Below, one piece after another: positions 52,970 through 64,000 of a stretch of 64,000 nt of DNA; the first letter of the stretch is position 1; each line of letters starts with the position of its first letter. The position numbers and the translations under genes were made by a program. The DNA comes from Octopus sinensis. Lineage: Eukaryota. The notes beneath the pieces were generated by a model. The model did not search any database, was not told the origin of the DNA, and was given only the letters and a program-made list of their open reading frames with translations. The stretch lies in the NCBI RefSeq assembly GCF_006345805.1, contig NC_042999.1:172298001-172362000 (forward strand). Reading direction: 5' to 3'.

Positions 52970-53760
52970 TAAATTAGTTGGAAATTTGACGTGATATAAT
53001 ATATATAGTTTATTTTTACAAAGATGAATATAATAGATATGTTCCATATATAAATATATAGATCTAGGATAAAGCAAATAAAACAATGTTTCCAAATCCG
53101 AATGAAAAACCAACAGTAGAGCTTGATCAAATACACACAGAACCCTTACAGCCATCAAGTCGTAGAAATAACCGGTTTATACAAAGTGCTCACCAGCAAT
53201 TTTTGGCTTCAGTAGAACTGATAGAGGTCCCACATTTTATGGACGACATTCCTTCCAGTACCCTAATTACTGAGATTTTATCTTACTTCTCATTGGTTTT
53301 CGAATTTTTCTTTTATATCTCTATGTTTAATTTTTTTGATTTGCTCTTTGTTGTTACCCTGTCTATTATCACTTATAGCCCTATTGTGGTACAATTTAGG
53401 AATGGTACCACCGAGAGTGGGCCATTGGAATCCTGTTCGTCAATTTCTCTTGCGGAGTAAAATTTGATTGTCTTGGCATGCTCAGAGAAGGGACCATGTG
53501 TTCTGTAATTTTATACCAGACACATCGGCTTTTGTGGTTTACTGATGTCGGTTTCTCTACTGCCGTTTGCCTTTCTTTCTCTTTCTCTGCTTCTACAGTT
53601 CCTCAGAGCAGAAGGGATTTAAATATCCCATTCTTCAGCATGATTTGTAATTGTGTTTTCTGCTGTGCACAATCAGGCTTGCATATAGTTTGCACCTGCA
53701 GTATGGCAGAATGAACATATTCTTCGTAGATACTTAACTGTTGGATATCCTTAGAAAGCC
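52970..53760 (-). mobile_element. Decayed Dong/R4-type retrotransposon 3' fragment
   Basis: The minus strand carries frameshifted remnants of the post-CCHC/REL region; the + strand ORF 53086-53460 is its antisense. Confidence 0.55.
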
Positions 53761-54004
53761 AAACAAACAACACGATTTGTAATCATTTCGGCGTTCACCG
53801 CGTTACTGCTTTCGCTATAATTGTGACGAGATATTAATGATCAGCATTCATATCTATGTCATTGAAAGGCACGTGATGGGTTGCCCCATGTATTTGGACA
53901 CTAGAATAAAGTAAGTACTCCGTCTTTACATATACTTTCTTTACACAATAAAGTAAACACTCCACTGTAACTAATGTTCAATGTGACAAATTTCTATCAC
54001 ATCC

Positions 54005-54158
54005 CTGTGATTTCTCTATTCGATAGGCGCCAGTGTGGCCGTGTGATTAGTGGTGTGTTTCCCACCAACATGCTTTCGGATTCAATCTCACAGCGTTGAA
54101 TCTTGGGCAAGCCTTCAACTATAACCTGGAACAGACAAAAGCCGTGTGAATGGATAGA

Positions 54159-54160
<2 letters not shown>
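54005..54160 (+). mobile_element. tRNA-derived CORE-like SINE (degenerate)
   Basis: GGCGCCAGTGTGGCCGTGTGATTAG..CGGATTCAATCTCAC..CTTGGGCAAG..CTATAACC..AAAGCCGTGTGAATGGAT, followed by (TA)n. Confidence 0.65.
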
Positions 54161-54228
<68 letters not shown>

Positions 54229-55855
54229 ATATATATACATGTGTGTGCGTATGTGGGTGTATGTGTATGTATTCAGTAAATGTGTAGCGCATGCCATCAA
54301 ACTGCCCCTAGAGTACTTATATAAGAATTCCAATATACGCACCGTGGATACACTTCTGATAAGAGTAAACCAAGCACATGCAGAACAACCACATATCCTA
54401 AACGTTGTGATCACATATCACGATGATTACGCATGACCTTGCAACTGGGGCCCAGTTACAATTTTATACACGTTAAGTACAATTTCCCAGGCAAAAGGTC
54501 CCTGAATAAGGGTTGCTTAATGATAATAAACGAAACACCTGTATCTAGAGTTGAATTATGCATATCCCAAAGAACTCTTTTCAACACATGCCTACGACGC
54601 ACCCCCATATTCTTGCACGTGATCAAAGAGGCACATACCTTCAGCCAAAATGGGACATGCTCAAGTGAGAGAATATATCTAATATGCCGCCTCGGCCTTG
54701 GATCTCAAACCAAACCCTGGCTTGGAGACACGTACAACCTCTAAAAGTGTATGCTAGAGTCGAAGTAAAACACAACATTAGGAGTGACTTATTTCCTTTA
54801 ATATAAACTCTTTCTCATTAATATTATACATTCGTACGTTTTCATTTATTTGCTTATTACTGTTTCTAGGAATTGTTCGAGTGGAATATATTGCTATATA
54901 TTATAATATCCAGCTGTTTTGTTTTCTGCTGGTTGTTTTCTATTTGGCTTATTCCAATCCTTTGCTTCTCTCAATCGTTCTTTTTATATGACTACACTTG
55001 TTTCCTTTTTGTTTTACCTCATTATTGGAACTGTTCGCCATGTAGTTACTTGTTCCGTGTGTTTTCTTTTACTCATATGGATTGTGACATTGATAGATTT
55101 GCAATTATATTATTTTACTTCGTTTTGTGTGCACAATTGTTAGATGGATTGTTTTGTGTTACTATCCTCATAAAGAACAGATATTAATAAAAACATCATT
55201 ATCACATTTATGCCCTTACAACTTGTCATTATATTTTCTTTTCTTTATATACTTAAATAGAGTTATTTGCATTCTTTTCAAGATATCTATGTACGATATA
55301 TCTGTGCTATTGCGTTTTTAATGTAAGTTGCTTTTAACACAAGATTTTAGTAAGCTACAACTGTGAGGTTTCTGGAACAGTTTGCGTCAGCTGTACAACC
55401 GCATTTAAGCTCCATAACCATCTTTGCTTAAAGCTGTCGATTACAGAATGGATAGCGGATCAACTTCCGAAGCAGCAGTTGCTTTTTTCGACATTCTGTG
55501 ATGATTTTAAATCCCGTCATTTTCAGCTCTTCCTACCTTTAGTAGTCGATAAGCTGACAGTCCAGTAGTAGAGCAGGTTCCCCTCTCATACCCTCTCTCT
55601 CTTTCTTTCTCTCTTTCTTTCTTCCCCCTCTCTCTCTCTCTCTCTCTCGCTATCTCTCGAGTTATCTGTCTACCTATTATCGTTTACATACTGTTGCGTT
55701 AAAATGAGGGAGTTGAGAGTGTGATTGTATCTAAAGTGGCATCTGAAACGTTTAACCAAATCTTAAAATATTGAACCAAAGTCTTCTTCAGTATCGCATA
55801 AGGGTTTTCACTTGTTTTCTTTTAATCAGTTCCGTTCAATTCCTTCATTTCACAG

Positions 55856-55993
55856 ATGATTATGTTCGTTCTAGTTAACGCAGCTATTTTAACGCAGCGA
55901 TACACTGCGTATATCCCCTTCGTTGTGACGTGTCAACGAGGTGCCTCTTTCTCAGTGCTGGAAATTCCAGTCAAAGTTTGTTCAAGCCGTTCT
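55856..55993 (+). other. Candidate 138-nt phase 0-0 exon
   Basis: Long pyrimidine tract ..TTCCTTCATTTCACAG| and donor |GTAAGT; open only in frame 0: MIMFVLVNAAILTQRYTAYIPFVVTCQRGASFSVLEIPVKVCSSRS. No recognisable homology. Confidence 0.3.
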
Positions 55994-56619
55994 GTAAGTC
56001 CTTTAACAGAATGATACATTTGATATGAAGTAGTTAACTGGGACAGGGACACAACATTCCCGATGATCTCCTCTAGAATGCGTTTCGTAGTGAACGCGGT
56101 TCATTAGGTTAAATGAATGTGGTTTTGTTCCAGTGTCTACTTCAGTCTCTTTTCAAATTCTATTCGTTTTTTTTTTCTTTTTCAATATGTATTTCCGATT
56201 ATGATGCCTTTACGTCACATATTTTCGTTAAAAAGTTATACACACTCTAACAAGAGTTTCAGCAATCTGGTTCACGAGAGTATCTATGCCAACTCAGTAT
56301 ATTATGTTCATAGAGAAAACAAGCATATATTGTTTGCAATTTTTTATATTCATTAGAATTCCAGCTTGAGAATTCTATATATAACCAACTGGCTATATCA
56401 TACTTGACGAAGATGCGTGATGGCAATGGGGCAATTTGCTTCAGCAACGTTAATACTTGAAAGAAACAGTTATATTATTGATATATTTAAATCTGTGTTT
56501 TCTCTCAACAGCTAACGAATACGTAGTAGGGTCTGTGCTTTTTACTGAAAATCTTTAAATTGCTCATCTCTACGTTTCTAGGGTAATGATACTTAATAGT
56601 ATTTTGTCCGTCATTACTT

Positions 56620-56751
56620 TCAAAACCCACCGAGGTCGACTTGCCTTTCATAATTGCGGGTTCAACGAAATACGTATCAGTTACGCACTATGGTTGATGT
56701 AATCGACTTGTACCTTCCGCAGGTTCGAGGCTTGTGCCTTGAGTACAGAGG

Positions 56752-56829
<78 letters not shown>

Positions 56830-56830
56830 A
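56620..56830 (+). mobile_element. 5'-truncated Nin/Deu-domain SINE with a long (ATT)n tail
   Basis: CCACCGAGGTCGACTTGCCTTTCAT..GATGTAATCGACTT..GGCTTGTGCC, then (ATT)~25. Confidence 0.8.
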
Positions 56831-57880
56831 TCATCATTATCAGCTCTTTATCACAGGTTTCGTTGGAGCTCCTGGAGTCTTGCATGTGTAGCGGGCTTAC
56901 AACTTGCAGCCAACGGTATCATGCTATTAGTTCTTTTCAGCTGTCTAATACTATCCTGATTATTCTGGCCGTGCCAAGGAAGCAAACCTTTGGTAACAGT
57001 TCTACTGGGCACTTGATACCTTATGATGCTGTTCCTAGTTACCCAACAATAATTGGTACTATGTTCACCTTCTTTACTCTCCATAGCCGGGCTATTTCTT
57101 ACTTAAGAACGTCGTATCATTTTGTCTTCCTTCTTGACTATTCGTGGGTCAAAGTGACTTGTAAAATCAACCAAATAGCATACATGGTGCACCTTGTCCA
57201 CTATCACAAAGTCTATGCTCTAACACCTGATATGACTGGATTGGGAAATCTCAGAAGATTTTGCTAGTCTCCGACTCTGCCATTCCCTGTGGTCTGTGCT
57301 CATACCACGTCTTGCCTCTCTCTAGCCCTCACTTTTCGCACAGTTTGCAATGTTCTCTCTTTCGCTACCTCGTCTTGTCGCCACACCTTGTAGTGGTTTG
57401 GGGCAAGTCTAGGGCATTCGTTCCTGATATGGACAATGGGTTCATCCACTCTATTGTAGATGCGACGTAGCGGAGACACTTGCTCATCGCTAAAGTTGAC
57501 CCTCCAGTTCGTGGCCGAAGATTAGTCCTACGCTGCCAGTATAGTGTTTTCGCTCTCTTATTTTAGGGTTCCTTTCATCAGCCAATCCCGCCTATTTTTT
57601 CCAGCAACGTCTGCTGTGGCTTCATGGAATTGCTTGTGTAGTCCTTTGTTGCGAAATTCTTCTTCATGTCCTTTTTGTACTTCTATCGCTTTCCCTTTTC
57701 CATTGCTCTGAAAACTTCCTCGTTCCTAACTCTCGCTAGCAAGATTCCCTTACTTTGCGCTAGGTAACTCATTAAGCTTTCGAGTTCGATACACACGCAA
57801 TCTTCCACACTTATTAGGCCCTTTCATACGTTCGCTCTCTTCATATATAGGCGATCTATTTGGAATAGACTAGATGGAAC
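56830..57880 (-). mobile_element. Dong/R4-type retrotransposon 3' portion
   Basis: Minus strand IDRLYMKR..GLISVEDCV, SPLRRIYNRVDEPIVHIRNECPRLA (decayed CCHC), EIARLWRVKKVNIVPIIVG, LGTARIIRIVLD*, then (AAT)n. Confidence 0.9.
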
Positions 57881-58046
57881 CACTTGACCTATGGGACCTA
57901 CCCATAAATATTTTTTGTAAAAATGTGAATGGTTCTTCTAGAAGTACAAATATGATGTCGTAGGATTTTATAAATGAATTTTAAGAAAATTTTGCTGAAG
58001 TCTTTTCCGAGAATGTGTGTCTTTGCACCAAAACAGAGGTGAAGTT

Positions 58047-58175
58047 TCAAGTGAAAGAAAACACTATACCGGTATAGTGGGAAGGGATTAAATCAATTAC
58101 ATCAACCCCGGTGCGAAACTGGTTCTTATTTAAACCAACCCGAAAGGATGAAATGCAAAGTAGACCTCGGTGAAA
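58047..58175 (-). mobile_element. Truncated Nin/Deu-domain SINE
   Basis: ATTACATCAACCCCGGTGCGAAACTGGTTCTTATTT..CCCGAAAGGATGAAATGCAAAGTAGACCTCGG. Confidence 0.75.
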
Positions 58176-58328
<153 letters not shown>

Positions 58329-58906
58329 CATTTTGTCATTTTTTCCTCATTTTCCCATGTCGATATTACATTGTATTCTAATCGTCAGTAATAAGAGGTC
58401 AATAAATTATCAGACATTTAATCTACAAAGTGAAAGAAACCGAGTTGTATTCAACTCATTATACTTTATATATCTATTATTTACATGACATTCATTCGTT
58501 GTAGTCTGTTGTCCTTTGCTTTGTGAAACATTTCCCCTTTTTTAATTAGATCATTTTCCTTTTTATATTTACCACGATTTCATCTATCGACATAACGTTA
58601 ATTACTTAAACGCTGTGCAAACAGAGTGAAACTATCATATGCACTCATGTAAAAAATGGTGACATATGACACAAGATTAGAATCCAAACATTATCTCCTG
58701 AGATTAATTATATAAAAAAAAATATTCTCATCTTATTGCAATAATAAATTGTTTCTTGCACAAATTGACTGATCTTCATACTACACGATAGGTCAAAAGT
58801 AATTATATTAAATGACTATCAAAAGTAATTACTTACCATTACATATGACAAAACATCGTTATCTTCTTCTTCACCCTCTCTATATCATATATATATATGA
58901 GGACAC

Positions 58907-58952
<46 letters not shown>

Positions 58953-58969
58953 GGAACACGTATGTGTAT

Positions 58970-59032
<63 letters not shown>

Positions 59033-60896
59033 GTATATATATAAATTTATATGTACTTATATATAAATAAACATATATATATAGATATATAGATACATAC
59101 ATACATACATACATACATACATACATACATACATACATACATACATACTTCCCTTGTTTTAAGCATTCTTCCATGCTGTGATGTTAATTTGGGGCTGATA
59201 TATTATTGGCTAAAGAGAACATCTTACAGATTAATTTTTCATTTAAATGTCTAAATACCCGACAATTGATAAGGACAGAATAAACGAGATAAGTATTTCT
59301 CAAAAAACAAAACAAAAGTAAATTTGTAGAAAGAGAAATAATTACTGAGTTATGCGCGATAAACGGAAATGGCCACTTATAATGGCCGCCTTCTTGTAAA
59401 TGTTACAAACGCTATCAAAGAAATCTATATCCGTTTTTTCCTTCTAATTGCGTAGCTTGAGATTAAAGCCAATCATGTTCTATATGAATAGAGAATGATT
59501 TTGTTTGTATATTTTTCTTATTTGAAACGTTATATTTTATTATGGAAGGGGAATATGGGTAAAATATAGACCATGAAGAGTTAGTGATTTCATCTTGAAT
59601 CAAAACGTCGTCGCTTTTTTTAGCTTCAACAATGCTATATTATGTAATGAACGCGATGCACAAGATCATGATTTGCATCGATTTTCAAGAGCATAACATA
59701 TTTCAGTGGACTAGTATATCTTAAATTTGGTATGAAACTGTCAAATCACTTCATATAACGATATATCCTTCTTGCCTTACAAATTTTTTTGCATTTCTTG
59801 AAATATTTTTATTTACTATGACTAAACGCAGACTTAATATATGATTGAAAGCTTATATATGGGACAGTGTGCTATCTCGGTGCATTTTATTTGTGTGTTA
59901 TCTCTATATATTTTATTAACCTAATAACCGGGAGAGATGAGCAACCATTAATATTTTTTTCTTTCTGTAATCAGGTGTTCTTAACATAACTTACTCTTCA
60001 CTTTGAAAATATTGATTTCTTTTAGATACGGACTTGGTGGATTATAAAGTGAAAAGGATAATATAATGAATTAAAGTCAACATATTTAAGTATTCATTAT
60101 TCGTTGACGGAAATAAAATCATGAAAGGCAAACGCTAGATCATAAGATAGAGAAACGAAAATATATAGCAAACTTAGAGCAAGATTGTACAAACAGACAA
60201 GAGTAAATATGCTTCATATCTTTTTATGAATTAATTTCGTGTGATTTTTATTATTTTATGCAAATAACGTAGGTAACAGTTTACCTGCAAAATTCATTAG
60301 ATGTCACTGTTTCGTATGGATGTAACAAAAAATGTTTACTTCTGCTAAATATATTTCGAAAACATCTAAATAACATATTATTGTTGATTCATGAGATTTT
60401 CCTAGATTCTGTTACATTGTTGGAAAGATGATTGCTTTAAAATAAAGAAAATTAGAGGGCACTCATGAAAGATAATCCGTAAATATCATAATTATTTATG
60501 TTTTTATTGCATTATTGAGCTTAACACGTATAAAAATCTTAGGGTATCTGTTCTGTAACTGTTCATCAACCATCCATATAGTGATCATATAAATGTATTT
60601 TATTGAGTTAATTTTAATTTTAATTTTGTGTGTGAATCCTCATGAGTATTGACTAGAGCTGGAGAGTAGAAACGTAAGTGAATTTTACTGGAAATATATT
60701 CCAGGTTCACTTTATATAATATAATAATCATATAACACTATATGGAAACCATGTAGTATAATTATACATTTGATTTGGCAGTGTTTGACCTTTTGCTTCT
60801 CTTAATATCAGAAACTTGACAAAGGAGTTTAATTGATGACCAGAGTTGCGCTCGTCTCAGCCATTTTCCTATAGCAAATCACATTTCATCTAAAAT

Positions 60897-61037
<141 letters not shown>

Positions 61038-61134
61038 TTGTGGTAACCACATCAGCAGCTGAATCGCGTAAGAAATAGAAAAAGAAGAGGAAAGTGAAGA
61101 GGGGAAAATATAGAAGACAAATATGTACAGCAAT

Positions 61135-61348
61135 AAAGAAGACGAAGAAGAAGAAGAAGAGAAAGAAGAAGAAGAAGAAGAAGAAGAAGAGAAAGAAGAA
61201 GAAGATGAGAATAATGAAGAAGAAGAAGAAGAAGAGAAAGAAGAAGAAGAAGAGAATAATGAAGAAGAAGAAGAAGAAGAAGAGAAAGAAGAAGGAGAAA
61301 AAGAAGAGAAATAAGAAGAAGACGAAGAAGAATAAGAAGAAGAAGAAG
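61135..61348 (+). repeat. Degenerate (GAA)n polypurine tract with higher-order units
   Basis: Recurring GAAGAAGAAGAGAAAGAAGAA and GAGAATAAT modules; in-frame TAA codons terminate the poly-Glu reading. Confidence 0.9.
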
Positions 61349-63874
61349 GTGTGACTGATTTATTAATGAAATATTCCTTATCACAGGATGGTAAGATCTT
61401 CACAATACTTCATGATACAGAAATTACAAAACAAAACGTTTAATAATGCTCTAATAAGGTATTGGCTATTCAGTGAGGACGGGTATGAAATTAATATAAG
61501 GGACTACTCAATATCAAAAATTGCTCACATTTTCTTCACACTGATTTTATTTCATTTTATAAATTTGTTTGCAAATCATATTATCCCGATAGTGTCTCCA
61601 AATCGCATACTATATCTTCTTATGCTACCACACAAAACTTTGATCGAAAGCGTTGATTCATATGAAAAAATCTCACAGTATATATTTATTTTCATGACCT
61701 ATTGTATTCTCGGTTAGTTAGCCTCTCAAAGCAGCACTACTCTTCCTAGGAAAATGCGTTCAGCGACCTAACAGGAAAGGAACAACTTTATTATATAATG
61801 CAGAGAACTGTTTTCTTTCTCCTCTTTTCTCTCGATTAATGTTTTCAAATTTTATTGCGTGTTATTTACATTTCTTTCAACAGAACCGTTCAAAGCGTTT
61901 TGCGAGTCAACATATATTTGCATCATTCCACGACCAGCAAATCCATTGCGTGTAGTAAAACTGCATATGCTTTTTTCTCATTTACTTCTGCTATGCTCAA
62001 TTCTAGTATATTACATATAATTGTAAAATGCGAAGTCCAGTCGAGGGTAGTTATGGATGAATTTAATTTAAAAAAACACACAAAAAACGAAGCTTTACAC
62101 TACTGAGTAGAAATATACAATTGTATAAGAATTGAAATGTAAATAAAATAGTACAGCCTTCTCATTTACCTGGAATTAACAGTTTTCTTTTAGTGCTTGA
62201 TGTCTACATAGCTACAAAGTGACACATTGCAGTTAACCACCCATGTATTTCGTTGGTTATACCGGCTTGCAATAAGAACTGTCAATACCCTCCTGATGAT
62301 AAGATAGAGCTTTTCCTTCTAGTGTTTGTTTGTAATGTTTGGCTGTGATCAACTGATATGAAAAGAGAAAGCAAGGAACCACGAAATATTTCTTAAAAAA
62401 ACACGATTCATGATAACGCAGATGTCTTGTGGTATGTTCAAGGGTGGGCAGGATATCGTCGTTTGGCTTTCATTCTTATGCGTGCCTATCAACATATTTC
62501 ATTGAATTGAAATTATACTCTCATAAACTCAAATGTATATCAGCGGTAGAAACTCTACGATTGGAAAACTTTGCAAACAGTATCCTACGCATGATTCTGT
62601 ATTTCTGTTCTCGAATATCTTGGGGGGGGAGGTCTTGTCTTCACAAAACTTGTATATACATCGCTATTGATCAGTATTTGATAGAAGTGCAAATCATAGT
62701 AATAAATAATATTTAACCACACCACATGTTAATACTATTATTCCTTCTAAAATTATCCAGAATTTGTGAAAGCCTTGAAATTTATTTTTTACATTTGTTT
62801 AAGCAAATATCACCACCAAACTTGCAAACGAGCGGAAATAGAGCATAAAATGTGATTAATGTATGGTGTTTGTACAACTATTTCAGCTCAACTTGTGTCA
62901 CCAATATATGTAGAAGCTACTTAAACAACCCAGCGGTTATTTTCCTTCTCCTAAATTCGACTCTAGTGTTCATACCATACAAATGAATATTTCTGACTCC
63001 ACAAACTTTATGAAACAGTATATATCGCACTAATTATTACAATGAAACGCTTGGTGTTCCATCTTGAAGTAGCTTGATGGGAGAAAGTAAAACTTGAATA
63101 AATATAGGCATCTGATTATTGTAGTTTCAAATACTTGTCACAATGTTATAATTAATAATTTCGAAGAATTAATCTAAAATTCATAGAAAAGACGCTGTAT
63201 TCACTAAATTACAATTAATGAAATACGACATTCTAAAACTTCGAATTTAGAAACTAATCATACTAATCTTTATACCAAAACTCAAATTGTTTCTATATAA
63301 TGCAATTAGTGTAATACCAAGATTGAATAGGCAATATGAAGCTTATAAACTAAACCAATATGAATATGCATTTTAGTATTTGCTCTGTCTAAGGAAAAAT
63401 TAAAACGAGACGCTCAAAACTAACAAATTATATAAATTAAACGTACGATAAAGAATGTCATAATCATTAAGCATTTAATTTAAAATGCATCGTGTATGTC
63501 AGATGTAGTTAACGATTCTTCTTACTGTGTTTAACTATAAAATCAGAAAAAGCCGAATCATATGAATTCATGGATAAGTGTCAGGCTCAGAAGTAGCAAC
63601 ACGAAAATCGAATTTATTAATCCTATAATGACATTTCAATTCTGCATAAACTACAACCACATCATTCTCATAAAATGTTGTATATTTTTTAAACTTATGT
63701 TTTAGCGTTTTAACTATGTCGGGATCAGAAACAAATTAATCGAGTATTCTGAAAAAAAACAACAAAAAAAACAGAAAAGAAAACGTTTAAGATATAAAAA
63801 GTGTGCATAAAGTAACATAATTCTGTTACAAATTACTTGAAGTGCAAAGTTACTTAATTATCGTTTTTATCATT

Positions 63875-64000
63875 TGCTTCTTTCAGTCATTTAACTGCGG
63901 CTATGCTGGGGAAGCCACTTTGAAGGATTTTGGTAGAGCAGATCCATCGCAACAGCTCTTTTTCTGTTCAAATCCTGGTACTTATTACATCGGTCTCTTT
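63875..64000 (-). mobile_element. SINE 3' portion with LINE-like tail; runs off the window
   Basis: TTTCAGTCATTTAACTGCGGCTATGCTGGGG..CCTGGTACTTATTACATCGGTCTCTTT. Confidence 0.8.

Noticed and set aside
53086-53460. 124-aa + strand ORF with a hydrophobic stretch
   Set aside because: Antisense of a decayed Dong/R4 fragment.
61094-61354. Poly-Glu and poly-Lys ORFs
   Set aside because: GAA microsatellite with in-frame stops nearby and no splice context or unique domain.

Overview
AT-rich, microsatellite-saturated eukaryotic DNA. The SINE, LINE and Penelope repertoire points to an octopod cephalopod (Octopus-like) intergenic or intronic region; this is an inference from repeat families, not a database match. 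There is one 100-N assembly gap (35154-35253). No intact, recognisable host protein-coding gene was found, and almost all listed ORFs are (TA)n/(CA)n artefacts or retroelement fragments. Supported content: a near full-length but frameshifted CR1/L2-type LINE on the minus strand (ORF1 with a Myb/SANT-trihelix-like N-terminus and a CCCH-like finger, then endonuclease and RT); an inverted 5'-truncated copy of the same family; several other LINE remnants (CR1-like, RTE, four Dong/R4-type); a Penelope-like GIY-YIG remnant; a decayed Ty3/gypsy pol; at least three tRNA-derived SINE families; a MITE; and many (TA)n-anchored fold-back elements. Most interesting signals: (1) minimal type-I hammerhead ribozyme motifs, one a U3:A8 compensatory variant whose predicted cleavage site coincides exactly with the start of an inverted duplicate arm; (2) a SINE(+)-(ATT)n-Dong(-) tail-to-tail junction occurring twice; (3) a (TTAGGG)4 tract inside LINE ORF2; (4) the unusual ORF1 architecture; (5) a recursive-splice-site-like acceptor with candidate small exons at 52.8 and 55.9 kb.
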